Source of the DNA: Epiperipatus broadwayi
Lineage: Eukaryota > Animalia > Onychophora
Reading direction: 5' to 3'
Length of the DNA stretch: 64,000 nt
Assembly (NCBI GenBank): GCA_028023455.1
Contig: JAQFVV010000010.1
Location: 5,270,001 to 5,334,000 of the forward strand
The notes under the pieces were generated by a model that had not been told where the DNA came from, did no database searches, and saw only the letters and a list, made by a program, of their open reading frames with translations. Position 1 is the first letter of the stretch. Each line of letters starts with the position of its first letter. Position numbers and translations under genes: made by a program. Of this stretch, positions 1 through 12,400 are shown in pieces.

Positions 1-51
1 AATGTAATCATAAACATATGACCAAAGACATGTGAAAAAGATCTATGATCC

Positions 52-93
52 CCAAGATGCACATTTTGTGCTGAACCAGCCCTCATCAGTTGG
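52..93 (-). ncRNA. Minimal Type I hammerhead ribozyme copy, G12A core mutation
   Basis: Minus strand reads CCAA CUGAUGA GGGCUG-GUU-CAGCAC AAAA UGUGCA UC UUGG. Stem I is perfect (CCAA/UUGG), GAAA has become AAAA, and stem II has one mismatch. Confidence 0.75.
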
Positions 94-411
94 CCCAGAC
101 CAGAATCTCTTCCACATATTTTTATCATTGTTCAGTATATACATATATGAAATTGCTAGTTTAAATGACGTGTCAAATGTGCTGTCCTCACAACATTGAC
201 ACAAATCACTTAATAAAAGTATATTAATAATTTTTATTAGCCACACATTAGTCTAAAGATTATCCAATAATGAATAATATTTCTGTAATGTAATTTTCAT
301 TACACCGTTCTCAGACAAGGTAGAGAATGTTTTCTATCCAGTTTTGACACCTTGTGGAAGGATGTAATCATAAATACATGATCAAAGACATGTGAAAAAG
401 ACAAAGGATCC

Positions 412-453
412 CTAAGATGCACATTTCATGCTGAATCAGAACTCATAAGTTGG
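412..453 (-). ncRNA. Minimal Type I hammerhead ribozyme copy, G5U core mutation
   Basis: Minus strand reads CCAA CUUAUGA GUUCUG-AUU-CAGCAU GAAA UGUGCA UC UUAG. CUGAUGA has become CUUAUGA. Confidence 0.72.
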
Positions 454-957
454 CCCAGACCACAATCTCTTATACATATATTTATCATTGTTCGGTATAT
501 ATAGATAACAAAGTACTACAGTTTAATTGATAAGTGTCAAATATGCAGCCCTCACATTAATAATTTTTATTAGTCACATATTAGAATAGAAATTATCAAA
601 TAATGAATAATATTTCTGTAATGTAAATTTCATTACACAGCTCTCATGCAAGGTAGGAAAGATTTTATATTCACTTTTAACACCTTATGGAGGGATGTAC
701 CAAAGACATGTGAAAAAAATCTATAATCCCCAAGATGAGAGTGATATAGTGAAAATTACACTACAGAAATTATATTTATTATTGGATAATCTCTAGTCTA
801 ATGAATGACTAATAAAAAATATTAATATATTTTCATTAAATGATTTGTGTCACAAATGTGAGGGCAGCACATTTGACACTTATCAATTAAACTATAATAA
901 TTTCATATATATATACTGAACAAAGATAAAGATATGTGGAAGAGATTCTGATTTGGG

Positions 958-1000
958 CCAGACTGATGAGTGCTGATTTAGCACGAAATTTGCATCTTGA
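958..1000 (+). ncRNA. Minimal Type I hammerhead ribozyme, catalytic core intact
   Basis: CUGAUGA (963-969), stem II GUGCUG-auu-UAGCAC (970-984), GAAA (985-988), AUC cleavage triplet (994-996). Stems I and III are partly mismatched relative to the array consensus. Confidence 0.8.
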
Positions 1001-1479
1001 GGATCATAGATCTTTTTCACACATCTTTGGTCACGTTTTGATTACATCCCTCTACAAGGTGCTAAAACTGGATAGAAATCAGTTCCTAGCTTCTGTGAGA
1101 GTGGTGTAATTTGGCAGAAATATTATTCATTATTGGATAATCATTAGTCTAATAAATGACTATCAAAAATTATTAATAACAGCTTTGATCTATTTTTGAT
1201 TTTAAAAAGTTATGTGGGATGAAAGATTATAAATTTGAGTTATGGATCTGAATACAACATTTGAATCAGTTCTCTCATGTGCAATGAAGCAGCCACAAAA
1301 AAATAAATTTGTTACTATTCAATGTTGACATATAAAAATCATTTGTCATTTGTGCTACCATATTGCACACACAGAAGTTGCCTATTTTACCAAAAAAAGT
1401 AAAAGATAAAAGTTCATATTATAAAAAAAACTTGTCAACAAATCAATACTTATCTAAAAATATATATATATATAAAGCC

Positions 1480-3430
1480 ATTAAAGAACAAATTTGTGTC
1501 ATCCTTTAAAACATGAATCATCATTAATGATCTATAATAATAAAGATTGACATTAGTCAGAAGCCTCCATTGTTTCAAAAAACTTTTGGGCAAAAATAAG
1601 TAAAAATTACAAAGCAGATCTTAAGATGATTTTAAAACTTATCTGAAGCAAATTAATAATACTCCTGAGAGAAATGTAGATGAAAACTCAGAGACACTCT
1701 AAAGACATATAACTGACTGCTAATATCTCATAAAGAGTAAAGCAATTTCATGAGCTGAGTTCAAAGTTCTAGCTATTAATTTGTGGTAATGAAGACTTGA
1801 GTCACCATTGCCAAGATTTTTTTTTAAAAAATGAATATATAGTACTGGAGTTTTGAACCCAATTTGGGATCTTATCATGAAACATCCATCCATTTACATA
1901 CAAACAAAATATAAGCCATTATCCTTTATTTTGAGAACTAAAATATCGAGTAATTAAATAGACTAATGCTAATGGTGCATTGAATCAATATCTCATTCTG
2001 AATGGGCTATACCAATAGTATCCATAATTAAAATTAACAGAGATACATACTTGCAGTAATTATTTTGCACCATAAATAAAGCAGCCACTCAATAATTACT
2101 CCCAGTTAATGATCACAAAAATAGACTTCAAACATACCTTTAATTACTAGTTGCTAAATGAAGTTTCCCTAATAATAATATTCATTGCTAATGAAGAGCT
2201 TTACAAAATTAATAAATTGTCATTAGGAATCTTGGTGGCTCCAGTCATATTCCAGTGAATAATTGATCAATTAGAGGCTGAAATACCTGGAACAATATTC
2301 CATTTTGATAATTTAATGGTCAAGAGTTAGGGGCAACTAAATAATTTAGACAATGCTGAATTATAAAGTAAGTCCAGATAAATATATGTTTGAAACAAAA
2401 GAAATTGAATTACTTGTTTTAAAGTAACAATTGCCAAGATCAAAATCCCGCAAATTAAAATAGCTTCAGGCTTTTCTTGGGTTCATTATTATAAACACTT
2501 TAATCACTCTAAAACAGAAGCAGCTTCACCATTATGTCACTTGCTAGACAAAAAAGTTGAATAGACATGAGGTACTAAATGAAATCAAGCTGGACAAATT
2601 AAAAAGATTAAGAGCTAATACAATATTAGTCCTTTATTGTAACAAAGATAAGAATGATTCACTTTTTTTTTTGTCTCACACATTGATCCAAGATTCCTTG
2701 GACTTTTTCGGCATTTAAAAAATTTCAACAATGCATTTATGAAAGGTCATTTCTTTTGCAAACTTATCACTCTACATACTAAGATAGTTTGATTTAAATT
2801 GCAACATGTCGAAGGAAAAAAATACATCTCTGTTGACTCACTTAGTCGAGTACACAGTAAAACTGGATACGAAATGAGTGAAAAGCAAATGATTAATACA
2901 ATTAACTTTGAAAGTAGCAAACCGATTGCAAATGACCAGGGATTTTCGCTTTTGAGCAATTAGCAAGCTACAAAACTTATACAAAGTTTATTAGAAGAAT
3001 AGGCAAAAATATCCCAAATAAGTCTTAAATTGACAGTGTGGTCACCTTGGCATAATCAAAATAAAGATGCTTGCAGGGTCACACCTGGCAGCCTGGTACA
3101 AATTCAGATAAAGAATTACATGTTCAACAATATTAGCAATGTCAAAAGAATCAAAATAAGCCAGCTAAGACAACAGTTAATTCTTAGCCACATTCCTCAG
3201 AACTTGAGAAAGACTATACATAACAATGTTGGTCCATGGAAAAAAAGGTAATCAATTCCTTATTGTTGTGAATGCCCTTTCTCAAATAGTTAAAATTAGT
3301 CGAGATATCCTCTTTCAACACATCAGCCATTATTGAGAAACTAGGAAAAATATTTACCAGACACACTTCTCCTATGGTTACTGTTTCTACCTAATTTAGA
3401 TAGTTCCCTGTAAATAATAAAATGAAATAC
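1480..3430 (+). mobile_element. Degenerate Ty3/Gypsy pol (RT, RNase H, integrase remnants)
   Basis: SEWAIPIV near 1997; LSLGILVAPVIFQ*IIDQLEAEIPGTIFHFDNLMV near 2217-2320 (LPFG..AP.IFQ and YLDD region); ASPLCHLLDKKV near 2523; AIIEKLGKIFTRH near 3327. Many stops and frameshifts. Boundaries approximate. Confidence 0.8.
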
Positions 3431-3449
3431 ATATTTTCACCATTATTTC

Positions 3450-3950
3450 ACCTAGAAAATAATGGGAACACTGAATGAATAATGCAAGAGACCAAAAAAA
3501 AAAAATGTCCAGAAACAAACAGAAAGTGACTAAAATGTGTGTTTAACTGGAATCCTACTAGTGTAGCACAAATCTATCAACAGTTCATAACAAATCACTA
3601 GTTAAAATTTTAATGAAACACATTTTGAGAACTAAGTTATTTAGACTTTCATCTGAAATATACATTAAAAAAAAAAAAAAAAAACAACAAATTATAAATA
3701 TATCAAAATGGGACAAGAGTATAAAATCGAATGCACCTAGAAAAAAGTTGGATTCCGGATACAGTAGTGGTAAGGAAGAATCATACCTTCTAATACACCA
3801 GAAACATTCATAGATATCATATTTTGATTATTAAATCTCTACAGACAAATACATTAAGTCAATTTCTAGCTAGTAACAGTCATGATTCAGTCTTATGCTG
3901 AAGCTTCATCAGCATAAGCATTGACCAATCAAGATATCAGGAAAGATAGT
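3450..3950 (+). mobile_element. Possible 3' remnant of a Penelope-like element
   Basis: Fragments NFNETHF and ..KLDSGYS resemble the PLE endonuclease C-terminus (NF.ET.IL, RDSGY). Heavily decayed. Confidence 0.3.
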
Positions 3951-5477
3951 AACATGACTATTACTAATAGAAACAGCATAAAGAGCCAGAAGGCTACCAA
4001 GCACCTATTTAACTATGATTTATCTGTAAATATTTTTTTTTATATACAAAGGAGAAAATATTTTAATGAACTCATCAAATATGTCTAACAAGCCTAAAAG
4101 AACTAGATTAAGTGAACAAGAAAATAAACATCTACTGTTTTGTTATATAAATAAGAAAATCAATTATAACTCACAAATTATTACTATAAAGAATACTCAC
4201 AATAGTGATCAGGTTCAAAAGTGATTAGCTAGTATTCAATGACATGCCCAGTGACCACTATGCATGGTAATAATTTGGATATAAATTTATAAGGGTTTTA
4301 AAAAGGCATCTACAAAAACATATAAATATACCCAAGTGATAAAACACATAACATTAAAAATTAGATTCAGTGATGCTGCACAAAAGTACTAAAGCAAAAA
4401 TTCAAGATAAAAAAAAAAAATCCTTCTAACCTGCAGAAATTAATTTTACAAGCAAAACAAAAAATAATGACACCATATATATTTATAATAAGGTTACAAA
4501 TAAAAAGGGCATCAGTTATCTTTAAAAAATCAATATTTATAGGTGGAAACACATTCAAATTTGATTACAATCCAAGTAATAGATGCATATGTGCATATTT
4601 AATGGCTTATTCCATACTTAAAATGAAATACGCTTAAGAAAAGCAATGTACAACTTTGCACAATTAAAAACTGAAATGAGAACTTTTTGAACAGTCATCT
4701 TTTAATTTGAATTTTTATTTACTTGGTTTACAAAATGATTATCTTAAAAGCAAACTTTCACTGAGATGATAAAAAATTGGAAAACTATATACAATTGGCT
4801 GAAGTATCAAATAAAATATACTGCTGGTTTCAAAGGCAGTTGAGATTATATTGAGAAATAAAAATATTTTTTTTCTAAGAGTCATGTTTTGTTGGTTTAC
4901 ATTTTACAACAATTTGCAATTTATAAATCATCTAACGGATGACTATGAACATTTTTTTTTCTAATAAAATTTTATCTAATATAATTAAAATTGATTTTTA
5001 TGTGAATGCATTCTAATTTAATTTACAAGTCTTGTCATTTAATTAATATTTAATTATAAATAAATGTAATCTTTAGTTATTATTTTTTATTCAAAAAAAG
5101 CAATTGGCAATAAATAAAGTTAATTTTTAAAAAAATCCAAAATTATTTGACTAATGTAGTAACTTAAAATACGCATGATTTTCAATAAACTTAAGTAAGC
5201 TATTTATAGAGGTTTACCAAAGATCTATAGTTTTCAGGTTTAAACTTCAAGATTTTCTTAGGCCTCTCTGGCATTTTTTTTTTTATACAGAGAATGAAAA
5301 TTACTCACCAGGTGTCCTCACCTGGATTTGAATTGATAAGTGGAAGTATTTTGAGAATTAATTAAATTAGCTATCATTATTTTAAATGACTATTTTAACA
5401 AATTTGGAATTCAATCTTACCAAACAATAGAAAATTCTAATTTTTAATTTCATAATAAAATAATAATGATAATTTAC

Positions 5478-5532
5478 CCAACAACAGCATACTTTTCTCC
5501 GTTTACTATTAAATATTCTTGAGATTTCCTTT
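5478..5532 (-). CDS. VPS54: VPS54 internal coding exon (E-RKSQEYLIVNGEKYAVV-G)
   Basis: Acceptor ttttttatag, donor gtaaat, 55 nt, phase 1 to 2. Matches human 'ERKPAEVLIVEGQQYAVVG'. Confidence 0.93.
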
Positions 5533-5632
5533 CTATAAAAAACACAGAATTATTACATTATTTTTACATTCTATTATGATGAAGTTACATATTTTAATTT
5601 TTAATATTTCAAATTACACTTTACTGTTTATA

Positions 5633-5804
5633 GTAATATATATATTAAGGCTATAACCTTAAGACTATGCACGTGAAAAAACGACAGTAGGGACCTCTGC
5701 AAATCTTTAACACAAAATTTATTTAAAAGACAAGATTTGCAGAGGTCCCTACTGTTGTTTTTTCAGGTGCATAGTCTTAAGGTTATAGCCTTAATATATA
5801 TTAC
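5633..5804. mobile_element. Foldback/MITE-like element, ~75 bp inverted arms and 24-nt spacer
   Basis: Arms 5633-5707 and 5732-5804 are reverse complements with two substitutions in the core (aaggctataaccttaagactatgcac...gggacctctgcaaatctt) and a TA-repeat length difference. Confidence 0.8.
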
Positions 5805-6399
5805 TTTACGTAATGAGTATTCACTTTATAAATGTAATTATTATTACTGTTTATAATAATTTAAATATTTAATGCAAAAATTATAAAATTATGCATATAT
5901 AAATAAATATTGTTTTATTAATTTTAACAACACAATAAACAAACAATATCATATAAATTTATTAAAATGACTACAAAATCTGGTTTATACAAGATTTTTA
6001 TAGCATGTGTATTTAAAGATTATTCTTTCTTAAATATTATTATAATATATACTGTATATAATATATATGAATAAATATTTAAGTTTAAGTGATTGTACTA
6101 TATTTTTCTTTATAAGTAAATGTTATATTAAACAAAGGATGGTTTTAGATTTTTGAAATTAGTTATAAAAACAAAAATCAATATTTTAATATTTAATAAC
6201 AATTATAAATATTCATGTGTGTATGTTGGTTACCCTGAGTCAAGATACAAAGAAGGTAATATTATTTTCTTTGCTTATTATTATTATTATTAAAAAAAAA
6301 AAATCAGCTAAAATGTTTGCCTGAGATTTATGATGGTTGCAATTATATGTTGGATTATTTCAGTCATCATCTATGAAAGTAGATAAATCTATCAACTTT

Positions 6400-8170
6400 T
6401 CTCTTTGCTGATAAAGACAATGTGACAGTTGTAATGGATACAACTGATTATGACAACAAAATACAAGAACTCTTCACAACAGGCCAATTCAAAAAAGTGG
6501 CAAACAATCCAACACCGCATACAGAAACAAATTTATGACCATTACTCAGAAAGCATCACAGGTACTTCAGTGATTCAGAAAAAAGGTAAATTAATATATT
6601 TCAGCAAAATTCCTCATCTTTATGGTCTATTTAAAATCCATAAGAACCACTTTCCATTAAAACCTATTATTAGTACTACAAATTCACCATGAAAAAACAT
6701 CAAGATTCTTCTTAAAGTTCTTTGGCATATATGACCCAGTCCTTTGTCAGAGATTCTAAGTACTTTGTAGAAGTAATCAAGAACATAAAAATTGAAAGAA
6801 CTGATATTTGAAAGCTTTAATGTAGAAAGTTTATTCACAAATGTACCATGGAAGAAGCATTGTCTATTGTAAGGAAAAGATTAAATGGTGATAATAGATT
6901 ACAAGTCAGAGGATAGTATAATGGAACTATTAATATTCTGCATAACAACACACTTTCAATCAACAGAAAATTTTCCTACAAAATCAAGGGATGGCTTTGG
7001 GCTCCCCATTGTTACCCCTGATTAGCAATATTTACATAGAAGATCTTCAAACCACAGCCGTAAAGATAACTCAAAATTGAACTAAAGTTTGATTTTGCTA
7101 TGTTAATAATGCATTTGTTGTTTGGCCACATAGTGAAGCACTGCTTTAAACTTTCTGTCAACAATATATCCCTACAAATAAATTTACAACAGAATCAGAA
7201 CAAAAACAAAAATTGGCATTCTTAGATGTTCTTCTGACAAGATTCCCTCAAGGCAAAATTAAAATTTTACATTTTATAGAAAACACACACATATCACTAT
7301 GGAAAAAAGCAAAGGAAGTTTGTTCAAAAACCAGAAATTTGGAAAAAGAAAGATCTATATAGAAAAATCTTTCATGAAGAATGGTTATTCATTAGATGTC
7401 ATTAAGAAAATCTTAAATATGCAACAAAAAGAACCATCAAAAAAAACAAAAAAAAAAAACAATTATTGGTACTGTAGTGTATCCATACATGCCAGGAATA
7501 GCAGACAAATTAAAGAAAATCTGCAATCAATATATCACCAGAACAGCTTTCCAGAAACATACCACCCTACAAGAGAATTCTAATGTTTACAAAGCCTAAA
7601 CTTGGAATGCTGAAAAGCAAAAACTGCATCTATTAAATACCATGTGAATGTGCAAGGATGTACATTGGTGAGACCAGTCAACCCATTGACAAGCAATTGT
7701 AAAAGCACAAATTTGTGATTAGAAAAAAAACAGATGTGTCTAAAGTAGCCGACTATATATATATACCAATGAACATATGTTCAATTGAAAAAATAGAAAA
7801 ATATTGGATAGAAAAAAAAGATACAAAGAAGAAAATTCAAAGAAGCTACTCACACGACAATGGTAAATAACCCATAAGTCAACCTAGTGAGACTATATAT
7901 CATGTCTGAAAACTACTAACTACTTAAACTTTGCTCTTAAGAAAAAGTGGGGAAATCAGGAGGAAACTCATAGATAAGCATAAAAAATTTTCTACTGACT
8001 GTTGCCTTTGGCAAAATGGCTGTTGGTTAGAGAATACCTTAAAATTCAATATCCAAGAATCTAAAGATTTAAGTTCTAGTCTCATGCTAGTACTTTCACT
8101 GGTCAGTCCAGCAACACTTGAAGAAGAGAGAAGAAGAATATCATTCAAAATACATTGTGTATAACTAATT
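6400..8170 (+). mobile_element. Penelope-like retroelement relic (RT plus GIY-YIG endonuclease)
   Basis: ADKDNVTVVMDTTDYDNKIQEL; IPHLYGLFKIHK.HFPLKPIIST.NSP; SFNVESLFTNVP; QGMALGSP; AFLDVLLTR; IY*IPCECARMYIGETS. Frameshifted. Confidence 0.9.
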
Positions 8171-8269
8171 TCCTATATTACTAATAGTTGAATGTAATTG
8201 GAAAATTTAAATTAAGTTTACAATTTTTTCTAAAGACTTTCAATATTTAATATTAGATATAAATACAGC

Positions 8270-9425
8270 TGAAATGTATTTATTTTTTTTCACCACAGCT
8301 CTGCCAGTTAATGTAGGCTTTATAACTAATAGCTTCCAGATGATAATTCTTAATAAATTCCTAACCAGTGCTATTCTTTCCAATATCCACAGATTAGTTT
8401 CTAGTTTATGGCTTTCACTAGTGAGGATATTGGATCTCGGATCTTCTTCCAGCAGCCATCTTTTATTTCTTTGTTTTAATATCAAGAAGACAGCACAAAT
8501 TAAAAAATATATTAATGTTTCCAATCTAAGCCAATTTGCCTATGTAATCATATAGATATAAAACCAATTCAATATTTATATGCTATCGTATCCTTAGTAT
8601 TTACAATTATCCAGCACTGTCCTATCCAATATTTCTGACTAGTTTCTAGCTTATGGTTTCATCTGGACTTTTATGACCTAATACAGTTATCATAAATTTC
8701 TTTTGTTTATTATCAAGCTATCAGCATAAAAAAACTAACAAACCAACTTGCCTGTATAGTTCGCATAAATTTGAAATCAGTTCAATATCTATACAAAATG
8801 GTGCCCATAGTTTTTTTAACAACAATAGGCACCTCCATACTATGGCCAGATTTTGTCAATATTGTTTTAGCAGGATGATCTTTTTTTCTGTTACCACAGC
8901 TATGCCACCTGATATAAGCTTTAGTAGTTAATAGATGCCAGCTGTTAAAAAAAAAATAATAATATATAGATAATGAACTAGCTTCACATCTATATAACTA
9001 CTTAGACAAGTTAGCTTAAATTGAAAATATATGTTTTTCAGTTTAGTGTGATAGTGAAACTGAAAAGTAAATGATGGTTGCTAAAAGAAGGTTGCATTAG
9101 ATGAAAGTCCCAAATACATTGGTCCAAAATACCTCATTGATAAAAGCCATAAACTAGAAATTAATTTGTGAATATTGAATAGGTCAGCATAGAAAACATC
9201 ATCTGGCATCTATTAGTTACTGAAGCTTCCATTACGAGGCATAGCTGTGATGAAAGAAAAAGTATGCTGCTTAAACAACAATGTGTAAGCTGGAGTTGTG
9301 TGATATTTTATTGGTTTTATACCAATCATGGACACAAGACAAAGGTACCTATAGTTACTGAAAAACTAAAACCACCATAATATATAGATACTGAATTATT
9401 TTCAGATCTATATGATTATATAGGG
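8270..9425. repeat. Diverged tandem plus inverted repeat complex (~370-390 bp unit)
   Basis: accacagct.tgcc at 8292 and 8893; tccaatat..agtttctag near 8379 and 8625; ccaa.ttgcct.t near 8531 and 8742. All three motifs appear inverted between ~9135 and 9425. Confidence 0.65.
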
Positions 9426-12400
9426 AAATTTTAAAATTGTCATGGGAGACTGTAATGCTGGAATTGGTAAACAACTGAAAGATATGCTAAATTTGGTTAT
9501 GGTGATAGAAATGAGAGAGGATATAGACTTGTGGAATTTGCAGAGAAAGAAAAACTATATTATGAATTTTAATGCACAAATTAGCGCATAACAGCAGAGC
9601 TTCTTCAAATTAAATCACAATTTATTATAAATTTAATATAAATTATAATACATAATAATTAGTGCCCGAGCACTTTCAAGAGAACTTAGCTCTCATAACC
9701 ATGGGCAACAAAGAGTAAGCATAACCAGGTTGCTATATGCAAATATATGCAGATACATGTAAATTAATTGAACTATACACATAAATCTAATTAATCCATT
9801 TCTTAGAAATTTTATAACATGCATCTTTCCTATTCATAGCTTTATCATCCATGGCAATAAAACATGCCTCCTTAACCTTTCTCTTAACATCATTTCTTTC
9901 CCTACAAACTATTCTTGGACTGTCAGGTTCACATGCATGACCAGCTGATTTCTGATGCATTGCGAATATTGAGTTGCAAGTCAGGTCTGCTTGGGCCTTG
10001 TTGTAAGACTATCTGTGCTGGGACAATCTTGTTGAAAGAGTTGCTTTCGTTTCTCCATAGTATGATGCCATGCAATTATTTTCTGGGCATGAAATATTAT
10101 AGACGGCTTGAGAAATGTTGTTGGGTGTTACTATATCTTTTGTATTGTTGATAATTCTATTGGTATTAGGGTGTGTGTGAAAACATAGTTGAAATTCTCT
10201 ATTAAATACTGAGTAAAGTTTTCTATGGGCATTTGCAATATATGGCAACAATATTCTATTTTTCTGCTGCTTAATTATATTGTTATTTAATTTACCATAA
10301 AATTGTCTAATCTTCCTATTGATGCTATTTTGTTTGAAACCGATATTTAATAAATCGTTTCTATATAATATCAAATTTGCTCTTTTGTCTGCTTCAAATC
10401 TGCAAAGGAGCTCATTCCTATGTAAGAAAGACATTAATCCTGCGAATTTATGAATAGATGGTGTATTCGAAAGGGATTGTATACGGCCTCTTTTTTCTAT
10501 TGGTTTTATAATCATCTTATAAGTGAGTTGTTGACCTTCCCTTTTCACTTGCATTTCCAAATATCTTTGTCTTCTTGTCACTCTTGTATGTCCAGCTTGA
10601 TTTTATATTAAGTTTATAATAAATTGTGATTTAATTTGAAGCTCTGCTGTTATGCACTGATTTGTGCATTAAAATTATATATATATATAGTAGGCAGCTG
10701 AGTGTGAAATAATTTCTTTTTATATTATGAATTGTTTTTTTTTGAGAAAAATGTTAAAATAAAATTGACATGGAAGCATCCAAATGAAGGGACGGCAGAA
10801 TTGGTTTATATTTTGATTTAAAAAAAATATGTATTTTAAGATGGTAAAGTTCTTAATAAATTTGCCACAGGAAATGATAATTGATTAGTGAGATGTAAGA
10901 TATGTGTTAATCCAAAAGTAGAGAGACAAAAATTATTAAAAAAAAAAAACAATACTTACAGTTAATATCCATATCCTTTAAAAACATTTCAATGAATTTA
11001 CATTAGAACTTGCAAATCATTTTCAAATATTAAGAGATTTTGAACATGAGACTCAGATTTGAATGAAATCAATACGAAGATAATTGATACATTTAAAACC
11101 TGCAACAAAGATAGCTCATACAAAAAAGCAGTAATTGACCTGTAAAATTTCTACTGAGACAAAACAATTTATAAAGAAAAGAAGGAATATGAAAATATGT
11201 AAAACTGATGCCTTAAGGATTGAATTATCTAGAATATTGTAAAATGGCATGAAAAAGAGTTGATAACAATATAAGACATCATAATTATGAATTAGTAAGG
11301 AAAGCAATAGAAGAAAATAAAAGACTCAAGAGTAAAAAAAATATTTTGGTATTGGTAGGAAACTTATTTCTGCTATAAGAAAAAGAGATAGAACTATTAC
11401 TAAAAAGAGAGATGACATCATGAAATGTCTAGAAGAATTCTATCAAGATTTACATAGCAATAAAAAAACAATAAAACTATCTCCTACAATTACTACATCT
11501 TCTGAATTGCCCAGGATTTTAAATGAAGAAGTGAGAAATATTAATGATGGAATTATAATCAGTATCATAAAAGAAACAGGTAAGGAACAGAAACTTTTTT
11601 GACAAAATTATATACAAAATGTCTAAATGATAAAGATATACCAGAAAATTGGAAGAATGCATTATTAATATTAATATTTAAAAAAGATATTAGAAATTAC
11701 AGATCTATCAGACTTTTTATCAGTTTTCTACAAAATTTTTGATTTTAATCAATCAAAAGAATAAGCTGCATTTAAAATTAGTTTTAATGCAGTAGATTAT
11801 ATCCAGATATCAGTCTTATCAATTCTCTATAAAATTTTTACCAAGATAATTACAACTCATCTACAACAAATTTTGGATTTTAAGCAACAAAAAGAACAAG
11901 CTAAATTTAAGTAGTTATGATTAAATCCAAGTATTGAGAGAAGTTATAGAAAGGGCTAATAAATATGAGTTGCCACTATACTTTGGATTTGTAGATTATG
12001 AAAAGGCTTTTGATTCTATAGCATTTCTTCAATGATTAAAATATTGGATCATCAAGGTATAGATCCAGGATATTGTCATATTCTGAAGAATATTTCTAAA
12101 AATGTAACAACAACAATTAGATTACATAATAATACTAGGAAAGATTAATATTGAGAAGAGTGTACAACAGAGTGACTCAATATCTCCAAAACTTTTTACA
12201 AGTTTTGCAAAAAGTATTTTGCAGATTAAAATGAGAAAATAAAGAAATAAAAATAAATTGAGATTATTTAAGTCAGCTAGATTTTACAGATGATGTAGTT
12301 GTTTTTGAAAATAATGCTTTAGAGTTTCATAAAATATTGCAAGAGTTATCAGATTAAAATAAAAAAGTAGGACTAAAGGTAAATGTAATGTTCAATGGAT

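Larger units (their letters stand above)
1..1180. repeat. Tandem plus inverted array of a ~320-360 bp hammerhead-bearing unit (retrozyme or PLE pseudo-LTR type)
   Basis: The motif caaagacatgtgaaaaa recurs at 23, 383 and 701 (spacings 360 and 318). From ~738 to ~1180 the unit is inverted and complementary to ~223-647. The array may continue left of the window. Confidence 0.9.

Noticed and set aside
3878-3920. Minus-strand CUGAUGA plus hairpin plus GAAU, and a cttatgctga/tcagcataag inverted repeat
   Set aside because: GAAA is not intact and there is no stem I.
5308-5330. Strong minus-strand donor (CTG|gtgagt) downstream of exon 5478-5532
   Set aside because: No upstream open frame resembling the expected next VPS54 exon (TVLLLI..EYC).
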